From: Octopus sinensis
Taxonomy: Eukaryota
DNA length: 64,000 nucleotides
NCBI RefSeq assembly: GCF_006345805.1
Contig: NC_043013.1
Coordinates: 35,712,001-35,776,000 of the forward strand
Direction: 5' to 3'
Position numbers and translations under genes: made by a program. The notes below the pieces were generated by a model, which saw only the letters and a list, made by a program, of their open reading frames with translations, was not told where the DNA came from and did no database searches. Below, in pieces: positions 26,821 to 41,019 of this stretch. Numbering within the stretch: the first letter of the stretch is position 1; the number at the start of each line of letters is the position of its first letter.

Positions 26821-27616
26821 ATATCTTTTCTTTTATCCTTTACTTGTTTCAGTTATTAGATTACGGCTATGCTGGAGCGCTTTCTTCAAGAATTTGTAGT
26901 CAAATGAATTGACCCCAATATTTAATCTTTTTGCTAAGTTCAGTACTTTTTCTATCAGTCTTCTTCGCCAAAATGTTAACTTACAGGGATGTAAGCCCAC
27001 CAACATTGGTTGTCAAGTGATAGTGGGGGACAAATGCCAACACAAACACACACACACACACCACACCACACACACACACACACACACTCACACACATATA
27101 TATATACATATTTATTCAAAGGGCTGCCTCTAGTTTCCACCTACCAAATTCACTCACAAGGCTTTTGGTTGGCCTGAGGCTATAATAAAAGACACATGCT
27201 CCTGAGGCTATAGAAGGAGACACAGTGGTACTGAAACCAGGACCATGTGGTTAGGAAGCAAGCTTTTTACCACACATCCAAGGAGGAAAATGCTTGAATT
27301 TATAAGTGTTTGAAACCATACTACTAAATTGCTATTGTCATTTAAGGACCGGTCATTTTCTTTCTACTATGGGATCAGACATTTAATGCTACTTGTTAGT
27401 ATCAAATGCTTCCATAAAGGCCTTCAGAAATCTCTCAATGAATCACTGCTTATCAATAAGAAGCAATTTTATGGGTAACCGTATTTGCCAACACCAAGAT
27501 TCTTTCATTCAAATTTTATTAACTGAATGCTAGTATATAGTGAGAAACTGTGAGCTGTGACATCAGTCTCTTTTTGATGTATTAATATATATATATATAT
27601 ACATATACACATATAT

Positions 27617-27697
<81 letters not shown>

Positions 27698-27717
27698 GTT
27701 ATATATATGTATATATA

Positions 27718-27881
27718 GGCACAGGAGTGGCAGTGTGGTAAGAAGCTTGCTTCCCAACACATGGTTCCAGGTTCAGTCCCACTGTGTACCACCTGGGTAA
27801 GTCTCTTCTACTACAGCCTCGGGCCAACCAAAGCTGTGTGACTGGATTTGGTAGATGGAAACCGAAAGAAGCCCATTGCAC

Positions 27882-27926
<45 letters not shown>

Positions 27927-28140
27927 CATATCATCATCATCATCATCGTCATTTAACGTCCGTTCTCCATGCTAGCATGGGTTGGACGGTTCGACCGGGG
28001 TTCTGGAAGCCAGAAGGCTGCACCAGGCTCCAGTCTAATCTGGCAATGTTTCTACAGCTGAATGCCCTTCCTAACGCCAACCACTCCGTGAGTGTAGTGG
28101 GTGCTTTTTACGTGCCACCTGCACAGGTGCCAGGCGGGGC

Positions 28141-28177
<37 letters not shown>

Positions 28178-28390
28178 ATGTGTGTCTGTCTTTGTCCACC
28201 CCACCACCATCACTTGACAACTGATGTTGGTATGTTTATGTGTCCGTAACTTAGTGGTTTGGCAAAAGAGACTGATAGAATAAGTACTAAGCTTAAGATG
28301 AATATGTTCTGGGGACGATTTCTTTGACTAAAAACGGTGCTCCAGCATGGCCACAGTCAACTGACTGAAACAAGTAAAGGAAATAAAATA
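27718..28390 (+). mobile_element. CORE-type SINE with a (GAT)n-tailed repeat nested in its central (TA)n
   Basis: SINE head 27718-27880, insert about 27930-28140, SINE tail 28185-28390. Confidence 0.75.
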
Positions 28391-28977
28391 TATATGTGTG
28401 TGTATGTATATATATGTATATATATATATACATACATATATACATGTATATATATATACATATATAAAACAATATATATAAGCACATACACATATATATA
28501 GTATATACAGTACATAAATACATACATATATATATACACACACATGCATGCATATATGTATATATGTGTATATCTATATAGATAGACAGATAAATAAATA
28601 CATGTATACATACATACATGTGTGTGCCTTAATGTATGTACTGTTTCCTACAACACACCATTCCATATTGTATGGCTGAGATGGATTTTTATATATTAAT
28701 GTCCTTTATATATTATATATATTAATGTCCTTCCACCAACCAACCATTCAGCTGTAAAGAAATAGTGTAGGATCCATTTTATTTTTTCATGTTGGGCCAT
28801 TTGGAGAGAACAGACTTATGTGTCTTGCCCAAGGTTTGAACAAACCATTTTATGGTCAGTTGTCCTACACCTTAGTCTTAGACATGGCTCATTTCCCAGC
28901 TGTTCTATTTTCCTATATATATATACACACATATATAAATATATATATATATATATGTATGTATGTATGTGTGTGTA

Positions 28978-29010
<33 letters not shown>

Positions 29011-30057
29011 GAAGGTGTGGGTCTATAGAATATGGTATGTACACATTTGTGCCAAATATTCACTTACTCCATAGGATGAAGATATACATATAACACATGA
29101 CATCCTCTTTTGTGTATATGCATCTGTGTGCATGAATGTGTTTGTTTATCTACTATAGGTATTCATGTTGGCAGTTTATATACACTCCAATAGTTTAAGT
29201 GTATGAAGGTAGGTATTTATATATATATATATATATATATAAACACACACATACACACACAAATATGTATATATATAAATATATTTATATATATATATAT
29301 ACCTACATATGGATAGATAGATAGATAAAAAGACAGACAAATAGACAGACAGATAGATAGATGTGTGGCTGTGTGTGTAATCAGGGATTTAATGATATGA
29401 GCAAATTATGTGTGTGTATGTGCATATATATGTGCATTTGTGTGAGTATGTGTGAGTACACACATACATACACACACTTGTGTGCATTAAGCATTGATAC
29501 ACATCTATGCATGGGTATATGCACATAGGTGTATGTGACCGCATTCATCTATGTGTTGATATGAGAAACTTTGTGTGCTTCAGAAGTTTATGGCATTATG
29601 TGAATAGACATCGTTGCACGAGCATATATGGACATGTGCCTCTATGTATATGTATGGGATGTGTATGAGTGTGTGTATGTGTGTTTGCGTGCATTCATGT
29701 ATATACTTACGTTTTGTAATTTGTGTAACACCTGAAAATGCAAAGTATATTAGGCTTATGAATGAATGTACATGAATGCATGAATATGATGTGATCATGC
29801 AGGAAAATGTAAACAAGAAGCTCAATATATTTGCCTGAAAGTGTAGAATGGGTAGAACGTTCTCATGTATGTATTACGTATGTATATATATATATATATG
29901 TATGTATGTTTGCATATATGTGTGTATGTATGTATGTATATGCGTGTGTGTGTGTGTGTGATGTATTTGTGTATGCATGTGCATCAAAGCATCAATACAT
30001 TGGTATTTATACCAAATTACTTGCTTGTTTATCAACTTATATATGTGTTTGCTATTC

Positions 30058-30088
<31 letters not shown>

Positions 30089-30225
30089 CACATACACACA
30101 CATAAATATATACTCGCACTTATAAATATATATATATATATATATTCATATATACATATATGCATATGTGAATGTATGAGCACATGCATGCATATATATA
30201 TATATAATATATATGTGTGTGTGTA

Positions 30226-30262
<37 letters not shown>

Positions 30263-30558
30263 ATGAAAGTATATGTGCATATATATGGGTACATACATAC
30301 ATATTTGTTTTCAATGAGTTTTTGAAAATTGTATATATGTTTGCATAAAAATGTTTGCATAGTATATGTACAATAATGTATGTGTAAACATGTGTGTGTG
30401 TGTTTGTGCATGTGTGTGTATGTACACACATACACATATATATATATATGTACATAAACACACACATATGTATATATGTATATATCTATAGAAATTTACA
30501 TATATCTATGCGTGGGTGTTTATATACATATATATATATCAATTATGTGTGTGTGTGG

Positions 30559-30615
<57 letters not shown>

Positions 30616-31914
30616 ATACATATATATATATACATATATACACATATATATACATTATATGTACAGAAATGAACATAATTTTATAGGATTAGAAATGTGT
30701 ACATGTGTAAGCGTATATATTTGTGTGAAGATCTATATGTGTGAGTGTGCATACAAATATGTGTTCATAAATGTATATATTATTTTGTCTCCATATTTGC
30801 TTCTTCTTCAGGGTAGAACTCCAGAAATAGTGTGTATTCAAATGTTTGTATGTGTGTATAAATGTAGAGAGAGAGAGAGAGAGAGGGGGGGGGAGATGTA
30901 TATACATATGTATATGTGAGTGTATGCATGTATATTTGTGTCTATTCAAATATGTCAAATTGAGCTGTGTATGAATAATATACATATATACCTATACATG
31001 AATATGTGTGCGTCTGTTTGTGTCTGTGAGTGTGTCTGTGTATGTCAACATCTGTGTGTGTGTTCTTTGTTTGTATGTGTGATTGTGTGTGTGTGTGTGT
31101 GCTTGTTTGTGGGTTTGTTTGCCAATTTTTTACAGACGAATGGCTCGCAAAGTGTTATTAGATCAAAATTTTCTGTCGAAATAAGAACAGAGTATCTTAC
31201 CTGAGGCTAAATAATTAAGAAGAATTAATTTACAATTTCATTTTGTGTTTTCCGATAATGAGACGAAAGCAGGATATGTTCATCTGTAAAGTTACAAGAA
31301 TGTGACGTAAAATCGGCTTAGAAGGCTCCGGAAACTCTTAAATTTTGGCAATTCTCAATTCTATAGATTAATTTTCTCTTTTCTCTTGCTTCTTTCTTTC
31401 TTCTTCCTCATATTTTTCTGTTTTTGTTGCTGCTGTTTAGGGTTTTTTTATATCATTGTTTATTGTTCGGATATTATCTTCATATTCTTAATTACTTTAT
31501 TATTTTTGTGTTTTTGTTTAGTTGTGCTATATGTTTTCATGTATTTATATTTTTATTCTTTTATTTTCTTTTGTTTTATATATCTTGTCCTTGTTTGTTT
31601 GTTTGTTTGTTTGTTTGGCTGGTTAACTTTTGTTGGTTTTGTTATGTATTGTCGAGGTATATGTATTGTTTTTGTTCTGTCTCTGTTAATTATTTTCCAG
31701 TATTTATGACAAAGAATGCATTAGAGATAGATGAAGATGGTTTGAGACACAGAAAATGGAAGAGAAAGATGGGAAAAGAAGTTGGGAGAAAGAGAGAAGG
31801 AGCAAAATTGAGAGAAATCAAGAGAAAAAGGGAAAATGAAGAGAAGAGAGAAATAATGACATGAGAAGTGTAAAATATATACAATAAACTAGTGTCTACG
31901 GAGATACATATTCT

Positions 31915-32560
<646 letters not shown>

Positions 32561-32814
32561 ATAAAAGATATGTACACACACACACATATATATATATTTA
32601 AGCCAGGTAAAATTGTACTCGTGGCTGTTGCCAGTGTCATGTAAATGCTACCCATGCTGGTGGCACATAAAAAGCACCCATTACACTCTCGGAGTGGTTG
32701 GTGTTAGGAAGGGCACCCAGCTGTAGAACCCATTTCCAAATCAGACCGGTTACCAGTCAAACCAACTAACCCATGCCAGCATGGAAAGTAGGCATTTAAT
32801 GATGATGATGATGT

Positions 32815-32857
<43 letters not shown>

Positions 32858-32918
32858 ATATAAATGATATGTGTGTGTTAGTGTGTGTGTACATGTATAC
32901 ATATATACATACATATAT

Positions 32919-32951
<33 letters not shown>

Positions 32952-33020
32952 CAGAGACAGAGATAGAGATAGATAGGTAGAAAGATAGATAGAGAGAGAG
33001 AGCGAGACAGACAGACAGAC

Positions 33021-33075
<55 letters not shown>

Positions 33076-33087
33076 CGGATAGATAGA

Positions 33088-33174
<87 letters not shown>

Positions 33175-33201
33175 GTAGATAGATAGACAGACAGACAGAC
33201 G

Positions 33202-33279
<78 letters not shown>

Positions 33280-33569
33280 CAGATAGATAGATATGCAATG
33301 AGCTAAAATGAAAATGATAACCTTGTAAGCAATCTGAAAAATAGAAGGGTGCAAAACAAATATTCAAACATGCCCAGGAAGAAATGAATGATTGAACAAA
33401 CAAGCTAGCAATGTCATAAGCTTGTAGAAATAAAAATCGTATAAGATAAACGAGACACACATACAGATAAACGGACAATGCTTGAAACAAAACACCTCTC
33501 TCAGCAGATTATGGTCTATGGACTAACGATGCTTTGAAGTGATGTTCATATACTAGCCTTGTTATTGTA

Positions 33570-34160
33570 CAGCTCAACCAATCAAACAATTACTGTACTT
33601 AGACTTGTCTCTTATAGACAGGCTCTATGATAATTGAATAAAGCTGTAAAAGACTGTTGTACTGTTATATTTGAATATTGTTTTATATAAATGGCTCTAT
33701 AATTAAATATTGCTGCCAGTAGATAGGTATGATATTAAACATGATGCAAATTCACAGTTCTATGAAAAGCCTGTTCTACAATCAAACACTTGTGAAAAGA
33801 TATCTCTACAGTGAAACAATGCTATATATAGAGGGCTCTACAATCAAATAAGGCTTTTATGATAAAATAGTGTTATAAATTGCTGTCTCTACTGTGAAAC
33901 AGTTTTTGTAAATAGATGAAAGAGCATTGTAAATAAACTGCTCTACAATCAAACAAGGGTGAAAATAGCTCTACAATCAAACAAGGGGGAAAATAACTCT
34001 ACAATCAAACAAGGGTGAAAATAGCTCTACAATCAAACAAGGGGGAAAATAACTCTACAATCAAACAACGGTGAAAATAGCTCTACAATCAAACAATGCT
34101 GGAAAGATCCATCTCTGCAATAAAACATTGCTGTAAATACACAGTTCTACAATCAAACAG
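33570..34160. repeat. Minisatellite with CTCTACAATCAAACAA core and a homogeneous 28-bp A/B alternating block at 33941-34096
   Basis: Units ...GGGTGAAAATAG and ...GGGGGAAAATAA alternate; degenerate longer units flank both sides. Confidence 0.9.
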
Positions 34161-34289
34161 AACTGAATGTGTCTGTGTGAGCCTGTGCATATGTGTGTGT
34201 GTATGTGTGTGTGTTTGTGTGTGCCTGTGCATATGTGTGTGTGTGTGTGTGTATGTGTGTGTGTTTGTGTGTGTGTGCACTTATGTGCA

Positions 34290-34520
34290 TGGTCTAGTGA
34301 TTAAGGTGTAGCACTGATGGCTGTAAGATTATGGTTTCAATTCCTGGACCCAGCAATGCATTGTGTTCTTGAGCAAAATACTTCATTTTGCATTGCTGCA
34401 TTCCACTCAGCTCGCAAAAGTGAGTAACTTTGCAATGGACTGGCATCCCATCCAGGTGCTGGGAATATATACACCACAAAATTCAAAGAACTGGCCTTAT
34501 GAGTCAATGATTCAGGGCTG
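34290..34520 (+). mobile_element. tRNA-headed V-domain-like SINE (related copies at 35595-35830 minus and 59968-60210 plus)
   Basis: A-box TGGTCTAGTG, B-box GGTTTCAATTCC, V-like GCAATGGACTGGCATCCCATCCAGG. Confidence 0.65.
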
Positions 34521-36108
34521 ATCTTAAATCCTTTCTTGACATAAGTAGAAAGTTGGATGGATGAATGGATGGATGGACGGATGTGTATGCACACACACAC
34601 ACACACACACATAGATAAGATGGCTTTTTGTCAGTTTCTATTTACCATATCCACTCACTTTGCTCTTGATGAGTCCTTGGCTGCTGTAGAAGACATTCAC
34701 TCAAGTGGGACAGAAGCCCAAAACCACATGCATGATGTTCTTTCAGTTTCCATTGACCAAAGCCACCCACAAGGCTTTGACCAATGTAGGGATATTGTAG
34801 AAGACACTTTCTCCAAGGTACCATGGTGTGGGACTGAACTCAAACCACATGGTTTTGAATTGAACTTGTAAACCACAGATCCATGTTTTCAACTACTGAT
34901 GCTAATTAAATATTTCACGTTATTTTAATTCTGACAACTCTGATATTAGAATTTGTAATTAAGAAGAAACAACCAATGCCAAGAACGTCTGGAATTTCCA
35001 TTTTGTTGATACTAAAATCAATATTTTAAAGATCAGTTATCTATAGAGAAAAGTTAGAATTCCTAACATTGATTCGTTTTCATAAAACAAAATGTTTTTG
35101 TATTTTGTATTTTTGGGAATAAGTTTTGTATTTTGGGAATAATGTCAGTTCAATAAAGCCTAGTATATTACTGGTATACACCTTTTATATAATCAGGGAA
35201 AGAAAGAGAGAAAGGATTCAAGAAGTGACAGTTTTATGTGGCTGATAACTCTTTGATAAATAGTATCTAAATTAATCTCAAATCCCATCAAAACATTTCA
35301 TATAAAAAAAGCACACGTTGGTTAATATGCTCTAGGGTCCATTGAACCTAGGGAAAATGAAAGGGTTTTTGAAACTGGAATGATTCTTTGATTGTGAACA
35401 AATTACTTGATGAAGGTTGATATGGGACTGAGTAATCAAAGCAGTAAAAATTTCTGATAAATGAACCAGCAGTGACTCCTATATTTGGTCCATCCATCTG
35501 CCAAAAATGACAGCCAAATCTTTGTCAAATCACACTTTACTGTCTTTAAAAATGAAGTAAGCTCTAGTCAATGTTTTCATAAATAAAAAAAGGTTCCTTC
35601 TGAGCCATACCAATCCATAAGTTCTGGTTTCCTAGTTTCCATGACATGTATATTCCCCACCTGAATGGGACACCAGTCTGTCCCTGGATCACTCACTTTT
35701 GCCAGCTGAGTAGACAGGAGCAATGTGAAGCAAAGTGTTTCACTCAAGAACACGGCGTGTTAGCTGGTCCAGGAATTGAAACCACAATCTTACAATCAAA
35801 AAAAACAAACACCCTAACCACTAAGCCATGAGCTTCCACTGTTTTCATAGATACATTATGTCTGAAATCTGAGAAAGATAGGACAGAATAGTGATGGCCT
35901 GAATAAATTGGACATAGGTCTTCTACATAAGCTCTGATCTGGATTAAATAACAACAACAACACAACAGCAGCTTCAGAGAAATGAGCTGACAGTGGCAGT
36001 ATTTGAACTTGTAACATACAGGAAGGACAGTTAATCGTTTAAGGCATTTAGTATTCCAATTGATCTAGTCTCCCAGCCACTCCTCCTTCCAAAAATATTT
36101 GAAATATT

Positions 36109-37305
36109 GGGACTGCCCCAACATGACAGATTATTCAATTTTGATAAACCCTGACCTCTTGTATTAGTAATTGCAAAGACACCAATAATGTCAGAACCCG
36201 TAATTTCAATGGCACCATTTGTATGATGGAATTTATTGTCCTGGCATCCAGAAATATGTCATAAATTGTAACAGTAATGACCTTTGACCAGGAAAAATTT
36301 GTCAACTTGTGCTTCCCTGATATGTCACAATTTGTAATTTTCATTATGGCTGGAACTAATAAATATAAAATGTTGATGACTGTAAACTTAGAAGAATTCC
36401 TAATTTTCTTGATTTTGAACTTGTCATAAATTATGAATTTGCATGACCATGTACCCGTCAAAATGCTAACGTTTCAATTTTGACTGTCTCATACGTGTCA
36501 AAATGTTTAATTTTTTATGACTCTATGCTCGTCAACTTTGTAAGTGATACACTCAACATGTCACAATTGTTTTACAAATATAATAATATAATCCTTTCTA
36601 CTGGAGGCACAAGGACCCAAAATTGATTGGTGGGAAGACTAGTTGATTACATCACCCCCAGTGTTTCACTGGTACTTAATTTATTGACCCCAAAAGGATG
36701 AAAGGCAAAGTCAACCTGGGCAGAATTTGAACTCAGAACATAGTGATGGGTGAAATGCTGCTAAGCATTTTCTCCAGTGTGTTAACGATTCTGCCAGCTC
36801 GCCACCTTACAAATACAATAATATAACAATGGACACAAGGATTTGTGAATTTGTCCTAATATCTCCCTGTCGTGATTTGCACATCCGTTTATACAAAATG
36901 AGACAGCAAGTATGTCCTATTTTTGAATTTTTGACATCTTTCAGAAGAATATTGGACATGGTAAGGTTTATGATTCTTGGAGGCACAAATGTGGTTGTGT
37001 GGTAAGTGTCTTCTACTATAATTTCGGACTTACCAAAGAGTGGATTTGATAGACAGAAACTGAAAGAAGACCATCGTGTGTGTGTGTGTATGCGTGTGTG
37101 CAAGCTTGCGTGTACATTTGTGGGTGTGTGTGAGTGTCTGTGTGTTTGTTCCCCGTGAACACTTGGCAACTGCTGTTGGTGTGTTTACATCCACATGATG
37201 TCCTAGTGGTTCAGCAAAAGAGACATTATCGGTGTTTTTGTAATTACTAATACAAGAGGTCAAGGTTTATCAAAATTGAATAATCTGTCGTGTTGGGGCT
37301 GTCCC
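36109..37305. mobile_element. Non-autonomous DNA transposon with about 84-bp terminal inverted repeats, carrying two SINE insertions
   Basis: 36109-36192 is the reverse complement of 37222-37305 with about 6 mismatches; AATATT flanks both ends; interior has GTCA/TGAC sub-repeats. Confidence 0.85.
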
Positions 37306-37830
37306 AATATTTGACAAGATTTTGCTTCCAAACCACGTGATTTCAGGTTGTACTACTGCATGACACCTTGGTTAAGCAAGTATCTTCTGCAATAGCCTTA
37401 GATGACCAAAGCCTTGTGAGTGGATTTGGTAGATGAAAATTAAAAGCCTCTGTGTGCGTGTGTGTGTGTGTGTGTTTGTGTGTGTGTGTTTGTGTGTGTG
37501 TGTGTTTGTGTGTGTGGTGTGTGTGTGTGTGTGTGTGTGTGGTGTGTTGTGTTTGCTTTTGTGTTCACTTGTCTCCCATCACTGCTTGATAAGCCCAGTG
37601 TTGGTTTGTGTATGCCCCCATAACTTAGCCATTTGACAAAAAGATACTGATAGAATAAGAAAACTAATACTGGGGTTGATTTGTTTGACTAAACCCTTCA
37701 ATGCAGTGGCCCAGTATGGTTGCATTCCAATGACTGAAACAAGTGAAAAGATAAAAAAATAATACTTCGATCAATAGAAATTATTTAAGCCAATCAATTT
37801 CAACGAGTGAACCAATCATTGAACCATTAA

Positions 37831-38052
37831 CCCTTTCATTACCGTATTTATTTTGAAATGCTCTGTGTTTCTTTCAATTAATTTTAAATATAACAAAGAA
37901 TTTAGTAAAATAACTTAGTTATCATTCATCTAGTGTTAGTAACATAAATTGTGACTAAGGTTTGGTGGAAGATTTTAATTCAAAACTTATGAAAACAAGA
38001 TATTTGTACTACAGAGCCAGAGGCGGTTTTGGCCGGGTTGGTATCAAAAGGG
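37831..38052. mobile_element. piggyBac-type MITE
   Basis: TTAA|CCCTTTCATTACC ... GGTATCAAAAGGG|TTAA. Confidence 0.85.
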
Positions 38053-38347
38053 TTAAACTTGCTATATTAGTTGTAAATTTAGGGAAATATGGGTTCTATT
38101 TTTAGCAAGCTGAGAGACAATAGTGGTTCCATCATTAGCTACTACTGTTGCTTGATGTGGTTAATGAAACCACACCAATGTCATCATCATCATTTAACGT
38201 CCATTTTCCATGCTGGCATGGGTTGGACGGTTCAGCTGGGGTCTGGGAAGTTAAGAGGCTGCACCAGGCCCAATCTGATATGGCAGTGTTTCTACAGCTG
38301 GATGCTTTTCCTAACGCTAACAACTCCGAGAGTGTAGTGGATGCTTT

Positions 38348-38942
38348 TGTAACGGGAATAGGTTGCTTCTTGCACTTTTAGGGTGCAACTGGTGCATTCT
38401 CTATTTCCGTTGCTTAAATTTCCAGATTCTACCAGTCAAAGAACACAAATGCGACAGTAAAAATATATACTCTTTATTGTTCTTATAACAGTAAGAAATA
38501 AGGTGGTATATTTGGTTCCACTTGATATGGATGTGGCAAGGCTGAAACTTTAACGCTTGTAAGAATCTTACAAGTGCAACAGCAAAACTGAGCTGATCAA
38601 AATATGGCGTCCTTAGGGAGCGAAGAAAATGTGGTCTGCAACAATGTCTGGTGGAAAAGCCTTCTATCCGACTGCTACGTGTCTTAGTTGACCACACGTA
38701 TGAAAATACGTGCTTTCCCTTCGGTCGCTGTGCCTCAAGTCATTCTGCTCACTGCTGCTATGCGTCTCCCTATACCCTTTTTAGGGGAACGCCACATCAT
38801 CATTCCCTTCTTCCGGTCTTCGCGCATGCGCGAGAGGGCCCTTCCCTTCTGCCTCTACAGAAGGCTCCAAACTCTGCACATGCAAACTGAAGCGGCGCCA
38901 GCACGCGGCGCGCGCGCGCGCTGTTGGAATGGCGTCACTACA
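38348..38942 (-). mobile_element. Solo LTR (595 bp), CpG-rich and apparently young
   Basis: TGTA...TACA termini; CTTT 4-bp TSD at 38344-47 and 38943-46; it splits the GTGCTTTTTAC.TGCCACC motif that is intact near 28100. Orientation inferred from a minus-strand AATAAA at about 38475. Confidence 0.85.
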
Positions 38943-39664
38943 CTTTTTACATGCCACCGGCATAGGGGCCAGAGTAGCTGGCATCAACCATGATCAGATG
39001 GTGCTTTTTATGTGCCACCAGCACAGAAGCCAGTCAAGGCATTGGCTATATTCAGATGGTGCTCTTTATGTGCCACTGGCACGAGGGTCACAACTACAAT
39101 TTCCATTTGATTTGATTGATTTTGATATTGATGTTGCCGTTGCTGTACTTGACATGTAACTACATAAAAGTGATTAGATAAGAATAGATGGGTGTAAGTC
39201 AATATGCCAAAGTATTTTGACTGTAGACACAAATGATAGTGTCTACATATGAACAACTAACCCTTCAGTAGTTTCACAGCACTTCGTCAACTCTGCAGGC
39301 CATGAAAATAAGGAAATTACATTCATGATCAAATAAAGTACTGACTAAATACTGGGGTTGATTCAAATGGTTACTTTCCTGTCAAAATTTAGGCCCTTGG
39401 CTAAATTAGAAACAACAACTACCACCAACGCCACCAACACCATCATGGTATCAAAGATTTCTCACAAATTTCAGACTTTGTGCCTAAATAAAAAGCAATT
39501 AGCACTGCTGTTATCTTTAGTACTGCCATGTTATTGAATACTGGGTGTTTGGATTTGCATGTATCACATTTTTAATGATTAATAAATATCATGACAACAA
39601 GGCGGCGAGCTGGCAGAAGTGTTAGCACACAGGGTAAAATGCTTAGCAGTATTTTGTTTGTAAT

Positions 39665-40235
39665 TTCATTTCATTTCATTTCATTTGGGTTTGAGTCCAT
39701 GCTCAGGCCAAGTCGAAGACTCCACCCTCAGAGTCTGGTGTGGTTGCCAGGTTGTATTCTCTGCTTAATTTTGACATGTGTAGGAGCGAGTTTGAGTCAG
39801 TTTGTGCTCGTTGTGTATATCCTGGGAGATGGGGTTCATCTCTAATGGTGCTTAAGTATCTATCCAGTTGCAATTTGAATGATTCCACACTGCATCCGGA
39901 TAGATTTCTGACATGTACCGGAATGGAGTTGAACAGTTGTGCTCCTCGAACCAACAGACTTGATTCTCGCAGGGTTTTTGCTGTCTGGCCAGCCTTTTGT
40001 TGATTGGTGGCAGCTGGCAGCGTCTTCCGTGGCGCAGTGAGTGGTAGGTTTTGATACCAAAGTTTGGCACCTTCTGCTCTATCATTTTCCAAATGTATAT
40101 AATTCGGTATCGCTCAAATCTTCTTTCTATTGAGTACATCCTCAAGGTTTTGAGTCTTTGCCAATAGTCCAGGTCTCTCGTTTCTGAGAAGTATGAGGTA
40201 AAATTTCTTTGGAGCGATTCTATCTTGTCTCTACT
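39665..40235 (-). mobile_element. CR1/L2-superfamily LINE 3' fragment with (ATGAA)n tail, inserted in a Meta-type SINE (39598-40304)
   Basis: IESLQRNFT...LDYWQRLKTLRMYSIERRFERYRIIYIWK, then frameshifted RGAQLFNSIP...FKLQLDRYLSTIRDEP. Confidence 0.85.
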
Positions 40236-40304
40236 TTCTGAGTTCAAATTCTGCTGAGGTCGACTTTGCCTTTCATCATTTCAGGGTTGATGAATTAAGC
40301 ACCA

Positions 40305-40404
40305 NNNNNNNNNNNNNNNNNNNNNNNNNNNNNNNNNNNNNNNNNNNNNNNNNNNNNNNNNNNNNNNNNNNNNNNNNNNNNNNNNNNNNNNNNNNNNNNN
40401 NNNN
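40305..40404. other. Assembly gap (100 N)
   Basis: Run of N; the round size suggests a scaffolding placeholder. Confidence 0.99.
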
Positions 40405-41019
40405 ATTTCTTTCTATTGGAATTTATTATGTTTCGAAAACTCTAAGACTGGAACTTTCCAGTAATGTCAATTTGTAAGCCTTCATTTTCTTTCTTTCTTT
40501 CTTTCTTTGTCTTTTTTCTCTTTCTTTTTTCTTTCTTTCATTTTTTTTTTGCATACTTACTCTTCCCCGTCTCCTCCCACCTCACCTCAGCCCTCCCATC
40601 TCCCAACCCTCACACACATACACACTCACACACTTACATCAGCTGCCATTTTACTTCCTAAATTACAAAAGTCAGTATATATATCTAAAGTATATTCCGA
40701 ATTATTGCACTGACAAAAAAATGGCACAATCAAGTGTAAATGACTGACTTTATCAATGATGATTCACTCCTCACACACACACACCACACACACACACACA
40801 CATACACACACACACATACACACACACACACAAACATACACACAGATTTATTGCTTTTAGATTTTTTTTCTGTTGCTATGTGTATATTTTTATATGTGTG
40901 TTTCTGTGATATGTTTCTATATATGTGTGTGTATGTGTGTGTGTATGTGTGTGTATGTGTGTGTGTGTGCTCATGTGAGAGTGTGTACTAATGTAAATTT
41001 ATTATATATATGATCAATA

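Noticed and set aside
33941-34096. CRISPR-like appearance of the 28-bp array (also the 29-bp array at 61043)
   Set aside because: No unique spacers, no cas genes, eukaryotic context; ordinary tandem repeats.
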